Positions 5,648-12,282 of a DNA stretch of 15,157 nt are shown here, piece after piece; position 1 is the stretch's first letter; every line of letters begins with the position of its first letter. Under the pieces are notes generated by a model, which was not told the DNA's origin, searched no databases, and worked only from the letters and a program-made list of their open reading frames with translations. Source of the DNA: a virus. The DNA lies in IMG/VR virus record IMGVR_UViG_3300035698_020146, positions 1-15,157 of that record. One strand, written 5' to 3'. The translations under genes and the position numbers were made by a program.

Positions 5648-5839
5648 TTAGTACGGCGGTTGATTTCCACCTTGTGAATTAGATGCTTTATTTTTTGTAT
5701 TCCAGGAGATAGCTTGCATTTCCTGAAAATGACATTCATAGCCGGGCCGATTATTACGGTAAAGTTTGCATACAGGTGTACACGCGACAGGCTTATCGGG
5801 TGTGCTCATGAAAGGACAGATTTTAGGATTTTCCGCCAT
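5648..5839 (-). CDS. Small Cys-rich protein (hypothetical)
   Basis: 63-aa ORF with an ATG start. Residues C8, C20, C24, C36 and H38 suggest a metal-binding knuckle. It is followed by the terminator at 5574..5621. Confidence 0.5.
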   Translation of the reverse strand: MAENPKICPFMSTPDKPVACTPVCKLYRNNRPGYECHFQEMQAISWNTKNKASNSQGGNQPPY

Positions 5840-5882
5840 TTGGTTTTTAGCTTAATAATAAAATTAGTTTTAATTGGCGTGG

Positions 5883-5907
5883 GTCCAAAAATTGGACATT
5901 TTTTTTT
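5883..5907 (+). terminator. Hairpin plus T-run oriented on the plus (non-coding) strand
   Basis: gtccaa-aaa-ttggac followed by a and then a T9 run on the plus strand. It sits in the 72-nt gap between two minus-strand genes. Confidence 0.3.
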
Positions 5908-5911
5908 GGAA

Positions 5912-6103
5912 CTAGCCCACATCAGCCCGTGGTTGAAATTTGGCAGTTTTCTTGTGAATAACCCATTCCCCCTTGAATTCGTGCCAGACATACATATTAT
6001 TGTCATTGCCCAGGCCATAAATCCAATAGTAACCAGACGCATTTGGTTGGGGGACTGTGGTTATTTCGATGATTTGCATATGTATTTTGTCGAGGGTCCG
6101 CAC
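5912..6103 (-). CDS. Hypothetical small protein (probable ATG start at 6079, giving 55 aa)
   Basis: The track ORF starts at a GTG at 6103, and the first ATG is at 6079. The sequence YYWIYGLGNDNNMYVWHEFKGEWVIH looks like a real protein. It overlaps the end of the upstream gene by 19-43 nt. Confidence 0.5.
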   Translation of the reverse strand: MRTLDKIHMQIIEITTVPQPNASGYYWIYGLGNDNNMYVWHEFKGEWVIHKKTAKFQPRADVG

Positions 6104-6324
6104 TTGTCCTTGCGCGTTAACTCAATTTCGAGGATATCAGAATAATCGTGGAGCTTGGTAATATTATAATCAACACCAGAACGCGGATGATTTTCGCGCC
6201 GGCTCACATTGATGTCACGCAGTCCAAAATTCCGAATAATTACACTCTGGCCAGTAGCAACGCCAGGCAAAATGCCTTTTTCCTTTTTGTTAAATTCGAT
6301 GTAAAGTTTATCTGGGTATCTCAT
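6061..6324 (-). CDS. Hypothetical protein
   Basis: 87-aa ORF whose ATG lies 1 nt after the stop of the upstream gene (TAA-T-ATG), consistent with operon packing. Confidence 0.55.
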   Translation of the reverse strand: MRYPDKLYIEFNKKEKGILPGVATGQSVIIRNFGLRDINVSRRENHPRSGVDYNITKLHDYSDILEIELTRKDKCGPSTKYICKSSK

Positions 6325-6325
6325 A

Positions 6326-6790
6326 TTAATGAATCTGAAGCAGGATAATTAGAATATCAATCTTTCCTGCTAAAACAGAATTGATATAACGCTCTATTTT
6401 TTCGACCTTTGCGATTTTACAATTATGACGTATAGCTATCTGTTTTAACGTCTTCCGCTCGGGACTTCTAACTGTTTGCAATGTACGATTTAATATAATC
6501 GTTCTTGCAATTCTAACCTGAATAGATTCTTTTGTCATAAGTTTTTGCTTTTTAAATTCATTAATTAATTTATTACGCTCAAAATTATTAGTGCAGTCGC
6601 AGAATGCGCTGATCATATCGCTTTCAATAAACGCCAGTCTTGACTCCTTGTCTTCCTCGTTTTTATCGGGGCAGGTGAATGTTTGACCGATAGCCCAGGC
6701 GATAAAATTGAAACAGCCGTCTGTCGATAAATGACGCTCCGGCTCATCAGATTTTAGCGCGCCAGGCTTGTAGGGTTTTGGACATTTCAT
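6326..6790 (-). CDS. Putative DNA-binding protein with a sigma-70 region-4-like HTH at the C-terminus
   Basis: 154 aa. SPERKTLKQIAIRHNCKIAKVEKIERYINSVL resembles the region 4.2 pattern (ER...tl.eIa...g.s...V.qIe.ra...L), from memory. It abuts the upstream gene with no gap. Confidence 0.5.
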   Translation of the reverse strand: MKCPKPYKPGALKSDEPERHLSTDGCFNFIAWAIGQTFTCPDKNEEDKESRLAFIESDMISAFCDCTNNFERNKLINEFKKQKLMTKESIQVRIARTIILNRTLQTVRSPERKTLKQIAIRHNCKIAKVEKIERYINSVLAGKIDILIILLQIH

Positions 6791-7099
6791 TTATTTTATA
6801 CTTTTATATTTAATGATCCCTCCGGGTGATTCTTCGTATTTTTCAATAATTTTTTTTGCTTTGCTTTTAAGCGATTTAGTTGGCCACTCATAACCACCAT
6901 AAGAGTCCCAATTAGTCGGGTTTTCAATCTGTTTGATATTATTGCTTAACAAAACATCGACTAAAATTCTTAATCTTAACAATTCATCAGTAGAAAAATC
7001 TAATGTTTGTTTTTGTTTATCCGTTATAAATAATATCGGATGAGCGTCTTCGTCAAAAAAACAGTCTTTGCCTCTGTCCGTGTCGATGTAAAGTTCCAT
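6791..7099 (-). CDS. Hypothetical protein
   Basis: 102-aa ORF with an ATG start, contiguous with the downstream gene. Confidence 0.6.
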   Translation of the reverse strand: MELYIDTDRGKDCFFDEDAHPILFITDKQKQTLDFSTDELLRLRILVDVLLSNNIKQIENPTNWDSYGGYEWPTKSLKSKAKKIIEKYEESPGGIIKYKSIK

Positions 7100-7200
7100 A
7101 AAATTATATTTATTTATAAATTCAAGTTTGTACTTTGTAGCTTTTGGCCTATAAGAGTGCGGTGGTTTGGCGTGAATTTTAGTTATTGCTTATTGCACGC

Positions 7201-7449
7201 CTAGATTTTGAGTCCAGGCTGGGTGGGGCTTTCACCTTTTTTGCATAGCTTTGCATACATATCGAATGATAGAGGTTTTACAGGTTTTAGCCCGGCTAGC
7301 TTGCATTTTCTCTTTAGCTTTGTTCGGTAGCGATTATACGCCGGCCAGAGTTGCATGCGATTTGCACTAGCGAGCGCCTGCCCTTGGAGCGAATATTTTG
7401 ACGCTTTAGTATTATACATTACATTTTTGCTATATCTTATTATTGACAT
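7201..7449 (-). CDS. Hypothetical small basic protein
   Basis: 82-aa ORF with an ATG start. It is Lys/Arg-rich, and it is the only ORF in a 400-nt interval. Confidence 0.45.
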   Translation of the reverse strand: MSIIRYSKNVMYNTKASKYSLQGQALASANRMQLWPAYNRYRTKLKRKCKLAGLKPVKPLSFDMYAKLCKKGESPTQPGLKI

Positions 7450-7463
7450 TTTTTTTCGTTACC

Positions 7464-7495
7464 TCGGGGCATCATATCGATGCCCCGATTTTATT
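7464..7495 (+). terminator. 10-bp G+C-rich hairpin with its T-run on the plus strand
   Basis: tcggggcatc-atatc-gatgccccga followed by ttttatt on the plus strand. On the minus (coding) strand no U-tract follows the hairpin. Confidence 0.4.
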
Positions 7496-7497
7496 AT

Positions 7498-7788
7498 TTA
7501 GGCGTTTAGGGGTTCGACTTGTAGTATATAGAATAGATTGACCGTTCTTCGTCTTTTCGTTACGTCCCCGTGCTTGTCTTTCATTTCGATGAGCGTATAG
7601 GACTTTAGGGCTTTTTCCCCTTTCTTGACTTTAAATCCGTCCTGAATCCACTGTTTGAACGTCTTGCAGTTTAGTTGTGGATTATAGTTTTTAGCCTCAG
7701 CCTCTCCATAGCGCTCTACTATTTGGGCGCCGACGCACTCTGCTGTGGACTTACTTCCGCGGTACATTGTAGTGGTTAATTTTGGCAT
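7498..7788 (-). CDS. ArdC-N-like (DUF1738-like) ssDNA-binding domain protein
   Basis: 96 aa. CKTFKQWIQDGFKVKKGEKALKSY matches the remembered ArdC N-domain core (W-l-T-f-k-Q...G-g-q-V-r-K-G-E-K-g). The protein is shorter than a full ArdC N-domain. Confidence 0.55.
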   Translation of the reverse strand: MPKLTTTMYRGSKSTAECVGAQIVERYGEAEAKNYNPQLNCKTFKQWIQDGFKVKKGEKALKSYTLIEMKDKHGDVTKRRRTVNLFYILQVEPLNA

Positions 7789-7828
7789 AGTGTTTTCTTT
7801 AGTGGAGGTTATCCCCTCCTCTATATAT

Positions 7829-7871
7829 AGTATAGCATAGCGGTGACCGATGTCAATGTGGATAAGTCACT
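7829..7871 (-). promoter_or_regulatory. Promoter TTGACA-16-TATACT abutted upstream by AGTGACTTATCCACA (motif copy 3, perfect DnaA box)
   Basis: Minus strand: agtgacttatccaca ttgaca tcggtcaccgctatgc tatact. It lies about 35 nt upstream of the ATG at 7788. The leader contains a ggagg-ggataa-cctcc hairpin. Confidence 0.6.
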
Positions 7872-7887
7872 GATAGATTTTACCATA

Positions 7888-8103
7888 TTAATAAGGAATA
7901 TATCCTTCCATAGCCTCAGCGCATTGAGGAGAGTCCGAACAATACCAAACCTCGTGACCAAACCGTGTTTTAACAATTTGTTTTTGACCATAACAGATTC
8001 TAATGTACCGTATCATAAAATCATCATAGCGAACACGTCCACAAACGGCACAACGATGCCGTACATTTCTTTTACTTCTCGCTTTTTGCTCTTTTGAAAA
8101 CAT
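7888..8103 (-). CDS. Small zinc-ribbon protein (first early gene)
   Basis: 71 aa with the Cys pairs CAVCG and YCSDSPQC. It is the first ORF downstream of the consensus promoter. Confidence 0.6.
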   Translation of the reverse strand: MFSKEQKARSKRNVRHRCAVCGRVRYDDFMIRYIRICYGQKQIVKTRFGHEVWYCSDSPQCAEAMEGYIPY

Positions 8104-8113
8104 CCTTTTTTAA

Positions 8114-8141
8114 ATTGTTGACTATCCGGATAGTCAACAAT
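8114..8141. promoter_or_regulatory. 28-bp perfect palindrome (operator or leader hairpin)
   Basis: attgttgactatcc|ggatagtcaacaat. It lies between the promoter at 8162..8190 and the ATG at 8103. It shares the GACTAT core with the direct repeats at 8170..8182 and 8204..8216. Confidence 0.7.
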
Positions 8142-8161
8142 CGATTAATAGTTATAATCTA

Positions 8162-8190
8162 ATTATACAGTAGACTATGGCCATTGTCAA
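8162..8190 (-). promoter_or_regulatory. Perfect-consensus sigma70 promoter TTGACA-17-TATAAT (early promoter)
   Basis: Minus strand: ttgaca atggccatagtctactg tataat. The -35 is at 8190..8185 and the -10 at 8167..8162. It lies directly after the late-operon terminator and before the early genes. Confidence 0.75.
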
Positions 8191-8224
8191 CATTGTTTAA
8201 TATGTAGACTATTGCCAGGCAAAA

Positions 8225-8261
8225 CAAAAAACCCGGGCCGTATGACAAACCCGAGTTTTTT
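8225..8261 (-). terminator. Intrinsic terminator closing the late/lysis operon
   Basis: Minus-strand RNA: cucggg-(12-nt loop)-cccggg with one G-U pair, which would be a C-A mismatch on the plus strand. It is followed by uuuuuuguuuug and has an A-run upstream. Confidence 0.65.
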
Positions 8262-8306
8262 GCGGAGCACAGACAAAGAAGAAAACACCCTTTTTACCAA
8301 TCAATG

Positions 8307-8486
8307 CTAAATATCAGTTTTTAGTTTTTGGTACACATTGAGTCCAGTGTACAAACCAATAACCGCGTAAGCGATTTTAATATAATCCGATGCGGACAGC
8401 CTATTTATAAGAATCAGTAAAAAGGTTAAGAGAAGTAATAGCGCGGATAGCAAAAATTTGCGACCGCCGAATGTGTTAATAGTCAT
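8307..8486 (-). CDS. 59-aa two-TM membrane protein (holin- or spanin-like), below the ORF-track size cutoff
   Basis: Hand translation: MTINTFGGRKFLLSALLLLLTFLLILINRLSASDYIKIAYAVIGLYTGLNVYQKLKTDI. Its ATG overlaps the endolysin stop as ATGA. Confidence 0.6.
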   Translation of the reverse strand: MTINTFGGRKFLLSALLLLLTFLLILINRLSASDYIKIAYAVIGLYTGLNVYQKLKTDI

Positions 8487-9139
8487 ATACCTTTATTTTT
8501 TAATGCCGGGATACGAAGAACGTCCCCGGGGTGAATTAGATTAGGATTTTTTAAAACATCCTCATTGACTAAAAATATTTCCATATAGTGACCGCCGTTA
8601 CCGTAATATTTTTCGCTAATGGACCAAAGTGTGTCACCGTGCTTAACGATATATTGACCTAAGAATGTTTTTAAAGCATCATCCTCATAATTGAATAAAC
8701 TGATTTCTTGCTCGCTATTCATTTTCATAAATTCGAGGGGGTCGATATAATAACCATTGACCTTGATCCCGAAATGTAAATGATAACCATTGACACCACG
8801 CCAGAATCCAGAACGGCCACTAAATCCAACAATATTGCCCCGTTTTACTTTCATCCCTAATTCAACATCAATACTGCTTAAATGGGCCAGGAGAGCGATT
8901 ACAGTGCCTTTTTGGTCGTCTGTGGCCTCAATGTAGATAGCTTTACCATAGCCATAATTGCGCTCAGGCGTGATTCTAATGATTTTACCGTCAAAAGGGG
9001 CCTTTAGAGGCGTTAATTTTGGCATTGCGTAGTCTACACCCTTATGTGTGGCTAATTTGCCTTGATACATAAATTTTACACCAAATTTTTGTGTAAGCGG
9101 GTATTTGCTAGGCTCGAGGAATGGTAGCGCTATTTTCAT
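8483..9139 (-). CDS. Endolysin: M23 metallopeptidase domain plus C-terminal LysM domain
   Basis: 218 aa. HKGVDYA (HxxxD) and GYHLHFGI (HxH) are the M23 zinc motifs. YIVKHGDTLWSISEKYYGNGGHYMEIFLVNEDVLKNPNLIHPGDVLRIP is a typical LysM domain. Confidence 0.9.
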   Translation of the reverse strand: MKIALPFLEPSKYPLTQKFGVKFMYQGKLATHKGVDYAMPKLTPLKAPFDGKIIRITPERNYGYGKAIYIEATDDQKGTVIALLAHLSSIDVELGMKVKRGNIVGFSGRSGFWRGVNGYHLHFGIKVNGYYIDPLEFMKMNSEQEISLFNYEDDALKTFLGQYIVKHGDTLWSISEKYYGNGGHYMEIFLVNEDVLKNPNLIHPGDVLRIPALKNKGI

Positions 9140-9314
9140 AATGTTTATAGATTAAAAAATTATCAGCTAATAAAAACGCGAATGCAAGACACAGGCTAGA
9201 AGTGAACCAAGACTGGCAGGTGAATGAAAAACCGATAGAGAATCCAGAAATAAATAAAATAGCATATTTTTTAAATTCAGTCTTCAGAATATTATTATGA
9301 ATATTTTTGCGCAT
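9108..9314 (-). CDS. 68-aa two-TM membrane protein (holin candidate)
   Basis: Hydrophobic stretches YAILFISGFSIGFSF and SSLCLAFAFLLADNFLI. It overlaps the endolysin start by 32 nt. Confidence 0.6.
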   Translation of the reverse strand: MRKNIHNNILKTEFKKYAILFISGFSIGFSFTCQSWFTSSLCLAFAFLLADNFLIYKHYENSATIPRA

Positions 9315-9412
9315 TATAAATTTTTTAAATTATTGATAATAACAAAAATTAAATATATAGTAAGACTCGAATAGATCATAATAAAATATAATATTATCGT
9401 TTCTCTAGTCAT
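9314..9412 (-). CDS. 32-aa single-TM micro-ORF (tentative)
   Basis: Hand translation: MTRETIILYFIMIYSSLTIYLIFVIINNLKNL. Its stop overlaps the next ATG as TAATG, and its ATG overlaps the previous stop as ATGA. The A+T-rich context makes chance ORFs possible. Confidence 0.35.
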   Translation of the reverse strand: MTRETIILYFIMIYSSLTIYLIFVIINNLKNL

Positions 9413-9498
9413 AAATTTAAAAAACAAATTAATAATACTATAAAAATTAAAAAACTTATTATGCATACTTTTAAAATTTTCAAAATGTCACTAATCAT
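9409..9498 (-). CDS. 29-aa single-TM micro-ORF (tentative)
   Basis: Hand translation: MISDILKILKVCIISFLIFIVLLICFLNL. Its ATG lies 15 nt after the stop of the 72-aa gene, and its stop overlaps the next ATG (ATGA). Confidence 0.35.
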   Translation of the reverse strand: MISDILKILKVCIISFLIFIVLLICFLNL

Positions 9499-9513
9499 TC
9501 TTTAATGAAATTA

Positions 9514-9732
9514 CTAAGTTTTTTTTTGTAGAGCCTCCTTAATCCAAGAAATATCCGTTTGAGTAGTTTCGACAATAGTATAAACCTTATTAATTGGACA
9601 ATCCTTTTGTGCAATTTCAAGCATATTAATTCTTGCAGTTTGATTTTTATAGATATAGACAACAAGACTTATACAAGAGGCAGAAAGGAATCCGACGAGG
9701 AGTAAAAGTTGTGCGAAGCTAATTTCAAACAT
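9514..9732 (-). CDS. 72-aa protein with an N-terminal TM helix (holin-, antiholin- or spanin-like)
   Basis: The N-terminal segment FAQLLLLVGFLSASCISLVVYIY is hydrophobic. The gene abuts the tail-fibre-like gene and heads the lysis cluster. Confidence 0.6.
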   Translation of the reverse strand: MFEISFAQLLLLVGFLSASCISLVVYIYKNQTARINMLEIAQKDCPINKVYTIVETTQTDISWIKEALQKKT

Positions 9733-9733
9733 A

Positions 9734-10240
9734 TTAAGATATACACATAATAGTTAATTTTTCCGCTGTAACTATAGAACCAGAATTATCGCAAGTGCAA
9801 TATAATTCAAAATAGTCACCTGGTTGCATAGTGACCAGAGCAATCCCACTCACGTTTGCAACATAACCGGAAACGCCTAGCGTATGTGTTGATGAACCGA
9901 GAGGATCAACTGTGCCATTTATTGCGCCGGCCATAGTCACAAGTATATTGCTAGTATCAGATGAAAAAGAAACATTTCCGGTTATTGTAACAAGTGCCGG
10001 CCGGGTCCCAGTATATGTTAGCTTGTTATCTTCGTGAGTAAAATTTTCAAGTGACTTGTAGGCTGTAGTACCGGCCACTTTATAATAGGTGCCAGCAGTT
10101 GTGACAGTAGTGCCAGCACTAGAACTTATATAATAATAAAAATTACTAATCGCGCTAGTAATACGAACAGTCAGGATCGCCTTAGCGATTAAATTTAGTG
10201 CGTTTACAATATTATTCATAAAATTATATAGAATTTTCAA
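9734..10240 (-). CDS. Putative tail fibre or receptor-binding protein
   Basis: 168 aa, rich in Thr/Ser/Gly and likely beta-strand. It is the last structural gene before the lysis genes. The ending VTMQPGDYFELYC recalls C1q/TNF-like jelly-roll domains, but only impressionistically. Confidence 0.5.
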   Translation of the reverse strand: MKILYNFMNNIVNALNLIAKAILTVRITSAISNFYYYISSSAGTTVTTAGTYYKVAGTTAYKSLENFTHEDNKLTYTGTRPALVTITGNVSFSSDTSNILVTMAGAINGTVDPLGSSTHTLGVSGYVANVSGIALVTMQPGDYFELYCTCDNSGSIVTAEKLTIMCIS

Positions 10241-11624
10241 TTCCTAAAAGTTCGTATAAATAAATTAACTCGATGTCTTCGACCTCACCGTCATTGCTTG
10301 AATCTGCGACAGTAACCTCAAATTCAATCGAGCTACATTTGTTTAATAAATCTTTGAGTGCGACAACAGTCCGGACCGAAGAATTTACTGTATTAGTCAT
10401 TAATGTTGTAGCGAAAGTGGAGGCTTGATCTATCTTAGATTTTATTATCACCGACCCATTATCACCTATAGGCTTATGTTTTAATATTAAATACGCCGGA
10501 GTATGTCGCTTTAGTATTGCCGGTGTAGTAAAAACACCACTAGTTATTCGAGGAGCAGAGGAATATTCATAACCGGTGTACACGTAAAATTTGTCTTCAT
10601 TATCGTCATAAGTATAGACTGTTATATTTCCGCCAAAATTATCTATATTGCAAATATTTTCAGAAAAAAGCTTGACTGTATAAAGACCATTTTTTCGATT
10701 AATTCTCAATAGATTAGTGTAGTCTACAACAATATATATATAGAATTCGTCAGAGTGTAAAATATTAAGTTGAGCGACGCCAGATTGAGAATAAGAAGTA
10801 ATATATTTCAAATCAGATTTGTCCCATTCATAAAATAAAATAGTATTACCTTTTTTATTTACAATAATAATTTTATTGTCAAATATATCAAAATCCGACA
10901 AAGTAGCTTTTTTAAATTGACGAATTACTTTAGGCTCATCATCATTACCAAATTTTAAGAATTGATCATTATGAGTATAATTTGTTAAAGTAAAATAAAT
11001 TTCGCCGTCTAACTGTCTTACTTTTTTAATATCGTACTCAGTAGGTGACTCATAGACTAGCGTAAAAGTTGTACCGTCGGATGTCTTAACAATTTCGTCA
11101 GCAGTATAAATATAAAGTATGCTGTCATCGGTCAAAAAATAACCAAGAGGAATAGAGTAAACCCAGTCAGTATTTTCCACAAAAGCAGTATATGGAGCGG
11201 TTTCGTCAGCATATAATTTCAGCCCTGAATCGTCAAGCCAACACATTAAAATGCCCTCATACAAAACCACCATATATGGAGAGGTAGAACCGTCGGCAAA
11301 ATTAAATTGTTCGTGTAGAGTATCGATTGGCGTTTGTAGAAATTTCAATTCAACCCGGCTATTAGTATCACTACGCAATAAAATATAACAGCGTTCTAGC
11401 GTACTGAATTGATATGTAGAAGATATAGGCTTTAAAGCTGTAGACTTAAGGTTCTCGTGAGTTGTTTTAAATAAATTTTCAGCAAGTTTTAATTTTTGAT
11501 TATCTTGATCTGGCTCGAGTCCAATACAAGTTTTTAATTTGTTAGGCTTAGACGCATCATAATAATCTTGACCTATACCACCGTCAAGCTTGCTAAATTT
11601 AATTTGTTTATATTTTTTACTCAT
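10224..11624 (-). CDS. Putative tail structural protein (tubular tail or nozzle class by position)
   Basis: 466-aa ORF that overlaps both neighbours (8 nt and 17 nt). It lies in the structural operon, and I recognised no motif. Confidence 0.55.
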   Translation of the reverse strand: MSKKYKQIKFSKLDGGIGQDYYDASKPNKLKTCIGLEPDQDNQKLKLAENLFKTTHENLKSTALKPISSTYQFSTLERCYILLRSDTNSRVELKFLQTPIDTLHEQFNFADGSTSPYMVVLYEGILMCWLDDSGLKLYADETAPYTAFVENTDWVYSIPLGYFLTDDSILYIYTADEIVKTSDGTTFTLVYESPTEYDIKKVRQLDGEIYFTLTNYTHNDQFLKFGNDDEPKVIRQFKKATLSDFDIFDNKIIIVNKKGNTILFYEWDKSDLKYITSYSQSGVAQLNILHSDEFYIYIVVDYTNLLRINRKNGLYTVKLFSENICNIDNFGGNITVYTYDDNEDKFYVYTGYEYSSAPRITSGVFTTPAILKRHTPAYLILKHKPIGDNGSVIIKSKIDQASTFATTLMTNTVNSSVRTVVALKDLLNKCSSIEFEVTVADSSNDGEVEDIELIYLYELLGIENSI

Positions 11625-12225
11625 TCAATTTTATAATTTTAAGTAGGCCAAGATAATGCTTATTTAAATCATCACGAATCAACCGTAAATCTTTAGCAGA
11701 AACATCCGGCACATCATCCTTGCTAGTTGCAGTAAGCGTAATTAATTTATTGAAATATCTATATTGAGCGCCAATATAAACAAGCTCCATTAGCTTTGCC
11801 GGCACATCTGTGTCAGTTCCGGCCACAATAGGAGGCCCGTCGTCTGTGAGAGTAGGCTCTATAAATCCTTTTTTGAAATATATTGCTACTGTATCGACAG
11901 CCGTAAACTTTTGCGTAAATTGAATGACTTCATTAAAAATATACCACCTTTGCTCAGAAACAGCGTTGACATTATCTAAATCGTCCAAATTTTTAAGTTC
12001 CCGAACCTCGTCATCATCAATACGGATAGCATCGACTTCAAGATTGTTAGTAGGAAGTGACAGCGTCTTGTCACCAATTACAGTTGACTGAGTTGAATCG
12101 ATTGTATCGACAGAAAATAAATTAGACAAAAAATTAATTGAGTCAAGAATCGGCTGTGTAACTGTAGCCGATGTGTCGCCTAAATATTCTCGAACGATAG
12201 CTGTAATTTCAGTCAAATTTTTCAT
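11617..12225 (-). CDS. Putative head-tail adaptor or connector protein
   Basis: 202-aa acidic ORF between the head and tail genes. The assignment is by position only. Confidence 0.45.
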   Translation of the reverse strand: MKNLTEITAIVREYLGDTSATVTQPILDSINFLSNLFSVDTIDSTQSTVIGDKTLSLPTNNLEVDAIRIDDDEVRELKNLDDLDNVNAVSEQRWYIFNEVIQFTQKFTAVDTVAIYFKKGFIEPTLTDDGPPIVAGTDTDVPAKLMELVYIGAQYRYFNKLITLTATSKDDVPDVSAKDLRLIRDDLNKHYLGLLKIIKLNE

Positions 12226-12282
12226 AGTATTTTAGAGATTACTTTGTTAATTGCTCCGGCAATGCCGGAGTGTATCAATAAA

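Noticed and set aside
5714-6348. Plus-strand ORFs 5714..6145 and 6148..6348, and minus-strand ORF 5806..6042
   Set aside because: The plus-strand ORFs are antisense shadows of the early genes, and a plus-oriented hairpin with a T-run lies inside 5714..6145. ORF 5806..6042 is an alternative frame that overlaps two more protein-like ORFs (5912..6079 and 5648..5839) and reads as low-quality sequence.
7100-7200. Promoter upstream of the 102-aa gene (TTGAAT ... TATAAT)
   Set aside because: The two hexamers are only 11 nt apart, and the TATAAT ends 3 nt before the ATG. No acceptable -35 lies at 16-18 nt. The match is probably chance in A+T-rich sequence.
7843-8097. 84-aa plus-strand ORF antisense to the Zn-ribbon gene
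   Set aside because: It is a shadow ORF. It begins inside the promoter and DnaA-box region and has no independent signals.
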